From: an uncultured Chloroflexia bacterium
Lineage (GTDB): Bacteria > Chloroflexota > Limnocylindria > QHBO01
Reading direction: 5' to 3'
DNA: 64,000 bases
NCBI GenBank assembly: GCA_963847375.1
Contig: CAWJZO010000001.1
Coordinates: 1,083,904 to 1,147,903, forward strand
The stretch's first letter is position 1. Every line of letters starts with the position of its first letter. Positions 26,541 through 36,512 of the stretch are shown here, piece after piece. Under the pieces are notes generated by a model that was not told the DNA's origin, searched no databases, and saw only the letters and a list, made by a program, of their open reading frames with translations. A program made the position numbers and the translations under genes.

Positions 26541-27004
26541 TGAAGGTCGAACAGCACGACGCGGTGCGGCCGTTGCCGACCGCGCATCAGGCACGGCGGC
26601 GGGCCAGCCGCTTCTGCCACAAATGCGGTGGGCCGATGGCGATCTCGCCCGGCTCGCTGAACGGCGTGCGCTGCTTCAACTGCGGAGCGCAACCGGGCAT
26701 CGTGACGCCGGCGACGCTGTCGTCACCGCCGCGGGACATCATCCTGCCCCGCCCGTCGGGGCAAGCGCCGACGCGGATGTACCCCGTGCCGATGGCGGTC
26801 GCGCGGCGCAGCGCCACGCCCGATGTGCGGGTATCGGACGCCCCGCCCATCGGCTGGTCCTGGCCGGTGGTGTCGATGGACCTGACCGGAGTCAGGAGCT
26901 GGATCCTGGACCTGCGCCTTCAGTCAAAGGGCGCGATCATCACTGCCGCGGCGGCCGGCGTTGCCTTGGCCATCGCCCTGACGGTCACCGTCACCCTGGC
27001 CTGA
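26540..27004 (+). CDS. Small zinc-ribbon protein with a C-terminal TM helix, unknown function
   Basis: CHKCGGPM...CFNCG zinc ribbon and a C-terminal hydrophobic helix AIITAAAAGVALAIALTVTVTLA. The start is taken at the GTG after the repeat array; the ORF could extend upstream to 26396. Confidence 0.4.
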   Translation: MKVEQHDAVRPLPTAHQARRRASRFCHKCGGPMAISPGSLNGVRCFNCGAQPGIVTPATLSSPPRDIILPRPSGQAPTRMYPVPMAVARRSATPDVRVSDAPPIGWSWPVVSMDLTGVRSWILDLRLQSKGAIITAAAAGVALAIALTVTVTLA

Positions 27005-28433
27005 CCGGCCGTTGGTGGTCGCGCTTCCCGGCCACGCGCGCCTCCTGGCCGTCGGTCGTATCGCGGACCTCGACACCGATGGCGGCCAGCTCCTCGCGCA
27101 GCGCATCTGAAGCCGCAAAATCGTGGGCGTCTCGCGCGGCGGCGCGGCGCTCGAGCAGCTCGGCCGCGCCCTCGGGGAGCGGCGCCTCTCGCTCGGCCGG
27201 CAGATTCAGCGAGAGCCCGAGCACGCGGTCGAAGTCGAGCAGCAGCGCGCGGCGATGCGCCTCGGTCAGCGACGTGTCGGCCGCGACCTCGTGGGCAATC
27301 GCCAGCCCGCGTGGGGTGCCGAGGTCGTCGGCAACCGCCTCGGCGAAGCGCTGGCGATAGGCGCTCATCGGCTCCGTTGAGAGGTCCACCAGCTCGTCGG
27401 GACCTGCAGCGGCCCGGCGAAGCCGCGCCAGTCCGGACGTCGCAGCGTGCATCGCGTCATCGGTGAAGTCGAGCTTGGAGCGATAGTGCGCCGTCAGCGC
27501 CAGGTAGCGGAAGGCGAGCGGCTCGTAGCCCTTCTCTGGCAGCTCCGCCACTCGGATGATGTTGCCCGCGCTCTTCGCCATCTTGGCGTCGTCCATCGTC
27601 AGGAACTCGCCATGCATCCAGATGCTGACGACCGGGTGCCCGAGGGCGCCCTCCGACTGCGCGATCTCGTCCTCGTGGTGCGGGAACTTCAGGTCGATCC
27701 CCCCGGTGTGGACGTCGAACCGCTCGCCGAGGTGCTTCAGCGACATCGCCGAGCACTCGATATGCCATCCGGGGAAGCCGTCGCCCCACGGTGATGGCCA
27801 CTTCATGAGCCTCCGCTCGCCGGCGCGCTTCCAGAGCGCGAAGTCGGCCGGGTCATGCTTGTCGGACTCGATCTCCACTCGGTGGCCGGCGTACGTCTCT
27901 TCCACCTTCTGTCCGGAGAGCTGGCCATACGGCGGGAACTCGCTGACGTCGAAGTAGATCGTGCCGCCAACCTCGTAGGCGAGGCCGTTGGCGACGAGCC
28001 GTTGGGTGAGGTCGATCATCTCGGCGACGTGATCGGTTGCCTTCGGCATGACGTCGACCGGCAGGATGTTGATGAGCGCCTCGTCCTCGAGCCAGGCACG
28101 GGTATAGAAGTCTGCGATCTCCGTCGGTGACTTTCCCTCGGTCTCCGCGGCGCGCTCCATCTTGTCCTCGCCCTCGATCGCGTCGAGCTGGTCGTCGCGC
28201 ATGTGGCCGACGTCGGTGATGTTCTTGACGTAGCGCACCTGGTAACCGAGGTACTCGAGCGTCCGGTGCAGCAGGTCGCCGAAGAGGTACGTCCGCAGAT
28301 TGCCGATGTGCGCGTACTTGTAGACGGTGCTGCCGCACGTGTAGACGGTCACCCGCCCGGGCTCGAGCGGCTCGAGCGGCTCGGTGCGCCGGGTCAGCGA
28401 GTTGTGGAGGCGGATCGTCGGGAGCTCAGCCAT
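26991..28433 (-). CDS. cysS: Cysteine--tRNA ligase
   Basis: HIGN (CGSTVYKYAHIGNLRTY), KMSKS (KMAKSAGN), a zinc-binding Cys, and a DALR-2-like C-terminal domain. Confidence 0.9.
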   Translation of the reverse strand: MAELPTIRLHNSLTRRTEPLEPLEPGRVTVYTCGSTVYKYAHIGNLRTYLFGDLLHRTLEYLGYQVRYVKNITDVGHMRDDQLDAIEGEDKMERAAETEGKSPTEIADFYTRAWLEDEALINILPVDVMPKATDHVAEMIDLTQRLVANGLAYEVGGTIYFDVSEFPPYGQLSGQKVEETYAGHRVEIESDKHDPADFALWKRAGERRLMKWPSPWGDGFPGWHIECSAMSLKHLGERFDVHTGGIDLKFPHHEDEIAQSEGALGHPVVSIWMHGEFLTMDDAKMAKSAGNIIRVAELPEKGYEPLAFRYLALTAHYRSKLDFTDDAMHAATSGLARLRRAAAGPDELVDLSTEPMSAYRQRFAEAVADDLGTPRGLAIAHEVAADTSLTEAHRRALLLDFDRVLGLSLNLPAEREAPLPEGAAELLERRAAARDAHDFAASDALREELAAIGVEVRDTTDGQEARVAGKRDHQRPVRPG

Positions 28434-28486
28434 CGGTTCCGCGATTCTACCGAGGCCGAGCGAAGTCCACGTATATACGGTCTACC
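28434..28486. promoter_or_regulatory. Divergent cysS / NUDIX promoter region with an AT-rich perfect palindrome CGTATATACG
   Basis: 10-bp palindrome in a GC-rich context, and the only TATA-like element between the two divergent start codons. Confidence 0.3.
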
Positions 28487-29086
28487 ATGAGGCCGATGAC
28501 GTCCACGGACCCCGCTGACGCCTACCCGTTGACGTTGGGCGAGGAGCCCCGCTTCTGCCCGGCCTGCGGCCGCCCGGTCGAGCAGCGCGTGCTGGAGACC
28601 GACCACCGTCCGCGGCTCGTGTGCGACGAGGGCCACGTCACCTGGCGCAATCCGCGAGTCGTGGTCGGAACGCTGCCGATCGACGGCGGGCGCGTGTACC
28701 TCGCACGCCGCGCCATCGAGCCGGCGCTGGGTCGTTGGGGCAACCCGAGTGGCTTCCTCGAACTCGGCGAGTCGGCTCAGGAAGGCGCCCGACGCGAGAC
28801 GGAGGAGGAGACCGAGCTGCGCGTCGAGGTCGGGCGGCTGATCGGCGTGTACTCGCGTCCACATGCGGGAATCCTGACGATCGCGTTCGAGGCAACCGTG
28901 GTCGGCGGACGGCCCGAGCCCGCCGCCGAGACGAGCGAGGTCCGTGCATTCGGGCCTGACGAAATCCCCTGGGGCGACATCGCCTTCAGCACGGCCGAGA
29001 GCGCATTGCTTGACTGGGTCGCGTCGCTGCCCGGGCGCGGGCCACGGTTCGAGCCGGAGCTCTATGTACAGGGAGATACCGACTAA
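28487..29086 (+). CDS. NUDIX hydrolase with N-terminal zinc ribbon (NudC-like architecture)
   Basis: CPACGRP...C zinc ribbon, then the Nudix box GRWGNPSGFLELGESAQEGARRETEEETEL. Confidence 0.8.
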   Translation: MRPMTSTDPADAYPLTLGEEPRFCPACGRPVEQRVLETDHRPRLVCDEGHVTWRNPRVVVGTLPIDGGRVYLARRAIEPALGRWGNPSGFLELGESAQEGARRETEEETELRVEVGRLIGVYSRPHAGILTIAFEATVVGGRPEPAAETSEVRAFGPDEIPWGDIAFSTAESALLDWVASLPGRGPRFEPELYVQGDTD

Positions 29087-29174
29087 GCAGTCATTGCCTG
29101 AACGACCTGAAGAAACACGTGACTTGACGCGCCCGAAGGTTTACGCTGAGTCGGTACGACCGGAGCGATCATCT

Positions 29175-30860
29175 GTGGTGAACGAGCGGCCGGTCACCGG
29201 ATTCTGTGAGCGGTGTCGTCAGGCCCACGAACTGCTCATTCCCGAGCCTGGATTGGGGGACCGCGACTTCCAGCGCATCGGCGCGCGCTTCTGCTGGTGC
29301 GCCGGATGCGGCCGGGTGGTCGGCAGGACCTGCTGCTGGGACGGCTCCGCCGGCCTGTGCCCCGACTGCATGGCGCTCCGCGCCGCCAAGGACCCGTCTC
29401 TGACCGATGCGGTGCTCACGCGCAACGCCCTGTCGGCATTGTCGGCTGCGACGGATGCGGTGGCAGGGCTCGAGGCTCGGCTCGGCCGGCTGACGGTCAG
29501 CGAAGACGACGTGACCCGCAACGCGTGGGAGGACGCATGGCTCGAAATGGGCATCGCGATCGTGCGTGCCGATCACGCCACCGATACCGCGCGGCGCCGG
29601 GGGGCGGAGGCCTCGGTCACCAGCGACGACCAGGAGTGGCTGACCCGCCAGCTGGCATCACGCGGCGGTGCGTGGGACGCACGCCATCGGGCCGTCGTCG
29701 ATCGCGTCGAGCGCGTCGGAACACGGATCCATGCGCTCGGCACCGTCGACCTGCCAGCCGCGACGCCGATGGCGCCAGCCGAGGACTCTCGCCTGGTCGC
29801 CGTGCCGATGACCCGCGCGAGCTCGCCGGTCCGGCCCCAGCCGGTCGGAGACCGGGCCTTGGTCGGCGCGCGGCAGAGCGTCACGGCGGCCGCTCTGACC
29901 GTCCTCGCGCGGCCGGACGCCCCTCCGCCGGCGCCCGACGTTTCGCCACCCACCCGGCCGATCCCCGTGCGACCCGCCCGGCCCGCGCAAAAGGATCTCC
30001 CGGCCCGGCGCGTGGTGCTGGCCCTGCGCGACCTCGAGACGAATGGCGCCGCCCTCTCGGTCCACGATCGGCGGCCGACGCCGGCGGCGAAGGAGCGGGC
30101 GGTTGCGGTCGTGCCGGCACGCCCTCGCCCAGCCGAAGCGCCTCGCATCTCGCGCCGAGCGGGCATCCTGCTCGCGGCCGTGCTGACGATGATCGGCGCG
30201 TTCGCGGTTGCGCTCGCGGCCATCGATCGTCTCGGCGGCATCGCCGAACCAGCGCCGGGGGCGCTCGGCGACGTCCAATCGACAGGCGAGTCAGGGTCGG
30301 AAGGAACAGGGGCGGTGGCCACCGCGGGCATCGGCGAAGGGATGACGGCCGCGGTTGTCACGTTCGACCGCGAGCCTCTCGGGCCGCTGCGCAACGATGC
30401 GACCGCGATCGTGCGCGTCCTCGGCGCGCCGGACGTGGCCGCATTGCCCACCTCGTTCGACCGCTCCCTCCTCCTCGCCGTCGAAGGCGCCGGAGCATGT
30501 CTCGTCGGGGTTCCCGGCGAACCGACCCGATCGCTCGGGATCGACATGCTCACCGGCAGCCGCGTCGGCGGAACCCTGCGCGTGACGCCCACCGACCGCC
30601 CTGACGAGGCGGCGGCGCTCGTCCTGTCCCGGATCGCGGGCCTCGCGCCGAACACCTGGTACTCGATCCAGCTGGGCTGGACCGGGAGTGGCGCGATCAG
30701 CTTCGAGATCCGGGAGCGCGAAGGCGGCAGCGCCGTCCGGCGAGGGACCCTCACCGCGGAGGCCGGCGGCGACGCCGGCTCGGGATCGGTGTGCCTCAAG
30801 GCGCTGGGCGTGTCCGAGGCGACTGCGATGCATCTCGACAACGTGGTGGTCGGCTCGTGA
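29175..30860 (+). CDS. Bitopic membrane protein: cytoplasmic Cys-rich zinc-ribbon N-domain, Pro-rich linker, one TM, extracytoplasmic C-domain; unknown function
   Basis: FCERCRQAH...CWCAGCGRVVGRTCCWDGSAGLCPDC, a TM ILLAAVLTMIGAFAVALAAI, and an extracellular about 200-aa domain. The start is uncertain (GTG 29175/29178 after an AT-richer gap, or ATG 29064). Confidence 0.5.
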   Translation: MVNERPVTGFCERCRQAHELLIPEPGLGDRDFQRIGARFCWCAGCGRVVGRTCCWDGSAGLCPDCMALRAAKDPSLTDAVLTRNALSALSAATDAVAGLEARLGRLTVSEDDVTRNAWEDAWLEMGIAIVRADHATDTARRRGAEASVTSDDQEWLTRQLASRGGAWDARHRAVVDRVERVGTRIHALGTVDLPAATPMAPAEDSRLVAVPMTRASSPVRPQPVGDRALVGARQSVTAAALTVLARPDAPPPAPDVSPPTRPIPVRPARPAQKDLPARRVVLALRDLETNGAALSVHDRRPTPAAKERAVAVVPARPRPAEAPRISRRAGILLAAVLTMIGAFAVALAAIDRLGGIAEPAPGALGDVQSTGESGSEGTGAVATAGIGEGMTAAVVTFDREPLGPLRNDATAIVRVLGAPDVAALPTSFDRSLLLAVEGAGACLVGVPGEPTRSLGIDMLTGSRVGGTLRVTPTDRPDEAAALVLSRIAGLAPNTWYSIQLGWTGSGAISFEIREREGGSAVRRGTLTAEAGGDAGSGSVCLKALGVSEATAMHLDNVVVGS

Positions 30861-32188
30861 CCGTCTCGGTCGCCACCAGGGTGCGGCGCGCCGTCGCAAT
30901 CGGCCTGCTGCTCGTCGCGTGCGTCGCAAGCGGCCCAACCGCCGCGTGGGGCGCGGACGAAGAGGATGCGCCCGCCACCGCGCTGCGCGTGGGCCTCGAC
31001 CGCCTGCTGGCCGAGCATGCCCTGCTGTCGATGGAGGTGGTTCGCGGCGCCATCGCCGACGCGCCGGACTTCGATGCCGCCGCCGGAGTGCTCGAGGAAA
31101 ACACCTCCGAGATCATCGCCGCGATCGAGGACGTTTACGGCCCCGAGGCCGGTGCCGCGTTCGGCGAGCAGTGGCGCAACCACATCGGCTACATCGTCGA
31201 CTACGCGCGTGCGCGAGCCGAGGGCGACACGGACGCGGCGGAGCTCGCCTCAGCCCAGCTGGATCGGTACGTCACCGAGTTCAGTGCGCTCCTTGCCGAT
31301 GCGATGCCGGTCCTCCCGGACGACACCGTCACCGAGCTGATCGATTCGCATGTCGAACAGCTCGAGCATGTCGCCGCCTTCGACGAGGGAGACTTCGGCC
31401 ACGCGTACTCCGCAATCCGCGGCACGTATCGGCACATGTTCGACATCGGTGACGGCCTCGTGGTCGGCATCGTGACCGCCTTCCCGGATCGCTTCACCGG
31501 TCGTGATCAGGCGTTCAGCCCGGCGACCGATCTGCGGATCAGTCTCGACCGGCTGCTCGGTGAGCACGCCCACCTCGCGGCACTGGCGATGCGCGCGACC
31601 CTCAACGACGACCCGGACGTCGATAGCGCCGCCGACGCGCTGGCCGAGAATTCGGCGGAGCTCACCACGCTCATCGCGGACATCTATGGCGATGCCTCCG
31701 GCGAGGCGTTCGACACCCTCTGGAGCACCCATGTCGGCTGGTACCTCGCCTACGTGCAGGCCCTTGCCAACGACGACGAGCCGGCCGCCGAAACGGCCCT
31801 GGCCGGTCTCACCGACTCTCGCCAGGCCTTCAGCGCCTTCGTCGCGAATGCCAACCCGTTCCTGCCCGAGGCCGATCTGGAGGGCCTGATCGAGATGCAC
31901 GCCGAGTCCCTCGTCAGCCAGGCCGATGCGTATGCGGCCGGTGAATACGACACCGCCCACGAGCTCGCACGCGAGGCATACGCCCACACCGCCGAGCTGA
32001 GCGCCAGCTTCGCGGCCGCGATCCGCGACCAGTTCCCTCGGCTATTCCCGGACGCCGCGATGTCGGACGGGCAGGCGCCGTGGCCGATTGCGATCGGGAT
32101 CGGGCTCGCGCTCGGTGGCGTCGCCCTCGGCGCGGCGGTGGCACGCCGTCGCCGCGCCATGATGGGCAGGGGTCAGCTCAGCGTGTGA
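30857..32188 (+). CDS. Secreted protein with an internal about 230-aa duplication and a C-terminal membrane anchor, unknown function
   Basis: GTG start overlaps the previous stop (GTGA). Signal peptide AIGLLLVACVASGPTAAWG. The two halves align (LRVGLDRLLAEHALLSMEVVRGAIADAPDFDAAAGVLEENTSEIIAAIEDVYGPEAGAAFGEQWRNHIGY vs LRISLDRLLGEHAHLAALAMRATLNDDPDVDSAADALAENSAELTTLIADIYGDASGEAFDTLWSTHVGW). C-terminal TM plus RRRR. Confidence 0.6.
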   Translation: MTVSVATRVRRAVAIGLLLVACVASGPTAAWGADEEDAPATALRVGLDRLLAEHALLSMEVVRGAIADAPDFDAAAGVLEENTSEIIAAIEDVYGPEAGAAFGEQWRNHIGYIVDYARARAEGDTDAAELASAQLDRYVTEFSALLADAMPVLPDDTVTELIDSHVEQLEHVAAFDEGDFGHAYSAIRGTYRHMFDIGDGLVVGIVTAFPDRFTGRDQAFSPATDLRISLDRLLGEHAHLAALAMRATLNDDPDVDSAADALAENSAELTTLIADIYGDASGEAFDTLWSTHVGWYLAYVQALANDDEPAAETALAGLTDSRQAFSAFVANANPFLPEADLEGLIEMHAESLVSQADAYAAGEYDTAHELAREAYAHTAELSASFAAAIRDQFPRLFPDAAMSDGQAPWPIAIGIGLALGGVALGAAVARRRRAMMGRGQLSV

Positions 32189-32630
32189 CCTCGCCGCGCA
32201 CCGGAACGCCGAGGCCGAGGAGGACGCCGTACCCGATCGTCGCGAGGATCGGCGCGATCTCGAGCGCGACCACCGGCACCCCGAGCCCGCGCGCCAGGCC
32301 CGCGGCGATGAGTGCCCACGCAAGCAGCGCGACCACCGGCGCCGCCGCCGCCAGGGTGGCGCGGACGGTAAAGAAGCGGGCGAAGAAGTAGGCGAAGCAC
32401 ATGCCGACGAGGGCGCCACCCAGTTGGACCATCGCGAGCCCAAGGACGAAGGCAAGCTCCGGAGTGTCGGCGAAGGGAGATACGGCGATCGCCAGCGGGC
32501 GCAGCGGGCGCAGCGGGTCGCCGGAGATCGCGGCGCCGAGCAGCATCGCGATCGCCGCCCAGACGTAGGCGCCCGCGAGCCCGGTCACGAAGCCACGGTA
32601 AGCCAACCGCAGGCCCATCACCTCGGTCAT
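32178..32630 (-). CDS. Integral membrane protein, unknown function
   Basis: 150 aa and almost entirely hydrophobic helices. Confidence 0.45.
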   Translation of the reverse strand: MTEVMGLRLAYRGFVTGLAGAYVWAAIAMLLGAAISGDPLRPLRPLAIAVSPFADTPELAFVLGLAMVQLGGALVGMCFAYFFARFFTVRATLAAAAPVVALLAWALIAAGLARGLGVPVVALEIAPILATIGYGVLLGLGVPVRGEVTR

Positions 32631-32713
32631 GCTCGCCAGCGTAGAACGCGAGATCGGGATCGGTGAGCGTGCCGAAGGTCCGGTCCCGGTCGGTACCTCG
32701 GCCGGACGGAGCG

Positions 32714-33976
32714 TCAGGTCGGGCGGGTGAAGGCGGCGACCGCGTTCTGGCCGCCAAACCCGAAGCCGTTCACGAGGACCACGTCGAGATCGGCGCGGCG
32801 CGCGACGTCCGGCACGTAGTCGAGGTCGCAGTCGGGGTCGGGAGTCTCCTGGTTGATCGTCGGCGGCAGGACGCCGTCACGGATAGCGAGCACCGCGGCG
32901 AGAGACGAGATCGCACCGGCCGCGCCGAGCGTGTGGCCGACCATGCTCTTGTTGCTCGTTACCGCCAGGCGGTCGGCATGGTCGCCGAATGCGACGCGGA
33001 TCGCGCGCGTCTCGGTCGCGTCGTTGAGCTGCGTGGACGTCCCGTGGGCCACGATCGCCTGCACCTGCGCCGGCTCGAGATGCGCGTCGCGCACCGCGCG
33101 CTGCATCGCCAGCGTGGCGCCATGGCCGGAGGGCTCCGGCGCCGAGATGTGGAACGCATCCGCGGTCAGCGCGCCGCCCGCGAGCTCGGCGAGGATCGGC
33201 GCCCCGCGGGCCTCGGCGTGCTCGATCGCCTCGACCACGACCACCACGGCCGCCTCGCCGAAGACGAAGCCGTCGCGGTTGCCGTCGAAGGGGCGTGAGG
33301 CGCCGGCAGGATCGTCATTGCGCTTCGAGAGCGCGCCCATGTTGCCGAGAGCGGCGAACGCGACCGGCAGGATGGCGGCCTCGGTGCCGCCGGTGACGAC
33401 GACGTCGACGTCGCCGTGCTCGATGAGCCGCTGAGCCTCGACGAAGGCCTGCACCCCAGCCGCGCAGGCAGCGACCGAGGTGATGACCGGGCCGGTGATC
33501 CCGTTCTGGATGCTGATCTGGCAGGCCGCCATCGACGGCGACATCATCGGCACCGTGAACGGGCTGACACGGTCGGGCCCCTTCGTCATCAGCGTCATCT
33601 CGCCATTCGTCACTTCATCCAGGCCGCCGCCGCCGGTGTTGACGACCACCGCCACGTCGTCGCGGTTGTGCTCGCCGATCGCCAGGCCGGCGTCATCGAT
33701 CGCCTGGCGCGCGGCGGCGACCGCCAGCTGGCTGAAGCGGCTCATCCGGCGGGCCTGCTTGAAGTCCATCCAGTCGCGCGGATCGAAGCCCTTCACCTCC
33801 GCCGCGATGCGCACGTCGAAGTCGCTCGCGTCGAACTGGGTGATCGGCGCGACGCCGGACACGCCGTCCGTCAGATTGCGCCAGAAGGTCGCGACGTCGT
33901 TGCCGATGGGCGTGATCGCGCCGAGGCCGGTGACGACCGCGCGGCGGGCCGGGTCGCGGGGCGGTGGCGGTCGCAT
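32714..33976 (-). CDS. fabF: 3-oxoacyl-ACP synthase II (KAS II), second of a tandem pair
   Basis: Active-site Cys (SVAACAAG), His-His (VAHGTSTQLND, VGHTLGAAG), and the C-terminal GFGGQNA. Confidence 0.85.
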   Translation of the reverse strand: MRPPPPRDPARRAVVTGLGAITPIGNDVATFWRNLTDGVSGVAPITQFDASDFDVRIAAEVKGFDPRDWMDFKQARRMSRFSQLAVAAARQAIDDAGLAIGEHNRDDVAVVVNTGGGGLDEVTNGEMTLMTKGPDRVSPFTVPMMSPSMAACQISIQNGITGPVITSVAACAAGVQAFVEAQRLIEHGDVDVVVTGGTEAAILPVAFAALGNMGALSKRNDDPAGASRPFDGNRDGFVFGEAAVVVVVEAIEHAEARGAPILAELAGGALTADAFHISAPEPSGHGATLAMQRAVRDAHLEPAQVQAIVAHGTSTQLNDATETRAIRVAFGDHADRLAVTSNKSMVGHTLGAAGAISSLAAVLAIRDGVLPPTINQETPDPDCDLDYVPDVARRADLDVVLVNGFGFGGQNAVAAFTRPT

Positions 33977-34009
33977 CAGGTCGGCTGTGCGGCGCCCAGG
34001 GCCGTCGCT

Positions 34010-35290
34010 CTAGTCATCCCAGCGGCGGAAGATGACCGTGCTGTTGTGTCCGCCGAGCCCCATCGAGTTCGAGAGGGTCACGCGCGCGTCGGAGGCACGC
34101 GCCTCGTTGGGAACGTAGTCCAGCGTCAGCTCCGGATCTGGGTGACGGTAGTTGATCGTCGGCGGGATACAGCCGGTGGCCAGCACCTTCACGCACACGA
34201 GCGCCTCGATCGCGCCGGCCGCGCCCATCGCGTGGCCGGTCATCGACTTCGTGCTCGACACCGCGAGGCGGTCGGCGTGCTCGCCGAAGACGTCGCGGAT
34301 GGCCATCGTCTCGTATCGGTCATTCAGCGGCGTGCTCGTCCCGTGCGCGTTGATGTAGTCCACCTCATCGGGACCGATGGAGGCGCGCTTCAGCGCCGCG
34401 CGCATCGCGCGCTGGTTGCCCTCCCCGCGCTCCGCTGGCGCCGCCATGTCGTACGCATCCGCGGCCGACCCATAGCCGATGACTTCGGCGATCGGCCGAG
34501 CGCCGCGCGCGAGCGCGTGCTCCAGCTCCTCCAGGACGAGCACCGCGGAGCCCTCGGACACGACGAAGCCATTGCGCGTCGCGTCGAACGGGCGGGAGGC
34601 GACGGCCGGGTTGTACTCGCCGGTGTCCGGGTCAATCGGCGTGCCCAGCGCACGCATCTGCCCGAAGCCGGCGAAGGCAAGCGGCAAGAGCGGCGCCTCG
34701 GTGCCGGCGCCCAGCATGATGTCCGCCTCGCCGCGCACGATCACTTCCATCGCCTCTCCCACAGCGTGCCCGCCGGTTGCGCAGGCGCTCACGACCGCCG
34801 TGTTCGGCCCGCGGATGCCGAACTCGATGGCGACCTGCCCGGACGGGGAGTCGGGGAGCATGTGCGGCAGCATGAAGGGACTCACGCGACGCGGGCCGCG
34901 CTCGAGGAGCGTCTTGTGGCCGTCGAGCAGGAGGCCGATACCGCCGATCCCCGTGCCGAAGACCATGCCGAAGCGGTCCGCGTCGACGTCGCGGGCGACA
35001 TGTCCATCCTCGCCGAGCAGGCCCGCGTCTCGCAGCGCCTCGTCGGTCGCGGCGACCGCGAAATGCGTGCAGCGATCGTGGCGTCGGGCATCCTTGGCGT
35101 CCATGTAGTCGGTCGCCTCGAAGCCCTTCACCTCGCCGGCGATGTCGATCTCGAACGGCGTCGTGTCGAACAGCGTGATCCGGTCGATCCCCGAAGTCCC
35201 GGCGACGAGGGCATCCCAGGTGGCATCCGAGCCGATCCCTACCGGCGAGACGACGCCCAGGCCGGTCACGACCGCGCGGCGGTCTGTCAC
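34010..35290 (-). CDS. fabF: 3-oxoacyl-ACP synthase II (KAS II), first of a tandem pair
   Basis: SACATGGHAVG, NAHGTSTPLND, TGHAMGAAG, GLGGHN. The GTG start overlaps the fabD stop (GTGA). Confidence 0.85.
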   Translation of the reverse strand: MTDRRAVVTGLGVVSPVGIGSDATWDALVAGTSGIDRITLFDTTPFEIDIAGEVKGFEATDYMDAKDARRHDRCTHFAVAATDEALRDAGLLGEDGHVARDVDADRFGMVFGTGIGGIGLLLDGHKTLLERGPRRVSPFMLPHMLPDSPSGQVAIEFGIRGPNTAVVSACATGGHAVGEAMEVIVRGEADIMLGAGTEAPLLPLAFAGFGQMRALGTPIDPDTGEYNPAVASRPFDATRNGFVVSEGSAVLVLEELEHALARGARPIAEVIGYGSAADAYDMAAPAERGEGNQRAMRAALKRASIGPDEVDYINAHGTSTPLNDRYETMAIRDVFGEHADRLAVSSTKSMTGHAMGAAGAIEALVCVKVLATGCIPPTINYRHPDPELTLDYVPNEARASDARVTLSNSMGLGGHNSTVIFRRWDD

Positions 35291-36279
35291 GCCGGCGACT
35301 CGCGGAAGGCGTTCAGCCACGCGCGTGGATCCGGCAGGTCGACCGCGTGGGTCACGACGTCGGGGTTGATGCGGCGAATGAGCCCGGAGAGGACGCGGCC
35401 CGGACCGACCTCGACGAAGTCGGTGACCCCGCCCGCGGCCATGCGTCGCACGCTGGCGGTCCACTGCACGCCGTGGACGAGGTGCTCGGTCAGCTCGCTG
35501 CGCAGCCCGTCGGCGGTGCTGATCACCGTGGCGTGCACGTTGCCAAGCATCGGGACCTGCGGGTCGCGGAACGGGACGCGCGCCAGGATGCGACCGAACT
35601 CGTCGCGTGCGCGGCGCATGAGCGGCGAGTGGCTGGCGACGCTGACGGTGAGGCGCACCGCCTTGCGGGCGCCGACGGTCCTGCTCATCTCGAGGGCGAA
35701 CACGAGCGCCGGCACGACGCCCGACAGCACGACCTGCCCGGGAGCGTTCTGGTTCGCGACGGCGATCTCGCCGTGCTCGCTCGCCGCGTCGAGGATCTCC
35801 TCGACCTGCTCGTCGGAGAGGCCGATGACCGCGCCCATGCCACCGTCGATCCCGCGCTCCTGCATGATCCGGCCGCGCTCGCGGACAAGGCGGAGCGCAT
35901 CCGCGTAGTCGATGGCGTCGGCCGCGACCGCCGCCGCGTACTGGCCGGCCGAATGGCCGGCCAGCGACTGCGGCACGATCTCGATGCCGGCCTCCGCCGC
36001 CTCCTCGCGCATCGCCTCGAGGAAGGCATAGCTCGTCGCAAGGATGGCGGGCTGGGCGTTGACGGTGAGGTCGAGCTCCTCGGCCGGTCCTTCGAGGATC
36101 ATCCTGGACAGCGGGATGCCGAGCGCCTCGTCGGCACGCTCATAGGCGGCCGCCGCCGCAGGAGATCGCTTCACGAGATCGGCACCCATCCCCACGTACT
36201 GGGAGCCCTGCCCGGGGAAGACGAGAGCGACGGTCCGCCGTCGAGGAGCGTCAGCGGCGTCGCGCGTCTGCGTGGTCAT
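35287..36279 (-). CDS. fabD: Malonyl-CoA:ACP transacylase
   Basis: VALVFPGQGSQYVGMG, an active-site Ser in GHSAGQY, and the overall FabD pattern. Confidence 0.85.
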   Translation of the reverse strand: MTTQTRDAADAPRRRTVALVFPGQGSQYVGMGADLVKRSPAAAAAYERADEALGIPLSRMILEGPAEELDLTVNAQPAILATSYAFLEAMREEAAEAGIEIVPQSLAGHSAGQYAAAVAADAIDYADALRLVRERGRIMQERGIDGGMGAVIGLSDEQVEEILDAASEHGEIAVANQNAPGQVVLSGVVPALVFALEMSRTVGARKAVRLTVSVASHSPLMRRARDEFGRILARVPFRDPQVPMLGNVHATVISTADGLRSELTEHLVHGVQWTASVRRMAAGGVTDFVEVGPGRVLSGLIRRINPDVVTHAVDLPDPRAWLNAFRESPA

Positions 36280-36442
36280 ACGCGTACTTTGTATCGGTTA
36301 CATGCGGGGAGTTGCGCGCGAGTATAGCCGAGCGTGCGCGAATGGCCGAATCGGAGCACTTGCGCGACCGAGATCGGTGGCTCGTGCCAATCATACTGGC
36401 CGACCGACCGACAGACCGATGAATTGGCCCCTTCCTCGGTCA

Positions 36443-36512
36443 GTTGGCCAACATGACTAGCCGAGCGACCGAGGAGGCCGGTCTCGTCGGTCCGGAGGCC
36501 AACCTGGTTGGC
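36443..36512. promoter_or_regulatory. Two palindromes sharing the half-site GTTGGC (GTTGGCCAAC at 36443-36452; GCCAACCtGGTTGGC at 36498-36512) upstream of fabD-KAS-KAS
   Basis: Perfect inverted repeats 165-235 bp upstream of the fabD start, inside a 256-bp intergenic region. The second also lies 24 bp past the stop of the upstream M20 gene. Confidence 0.4.

Noticed and set aside
35290-35464. Longer N-terminal extension of KAS-1 (the ORF runs to 35464)
   Set aside because: The extension would overlap fabD by 175 nt and is Arg-rich junk. The GTG at 35290 gives the canonical KAS N-terminus and a GTGA junction.
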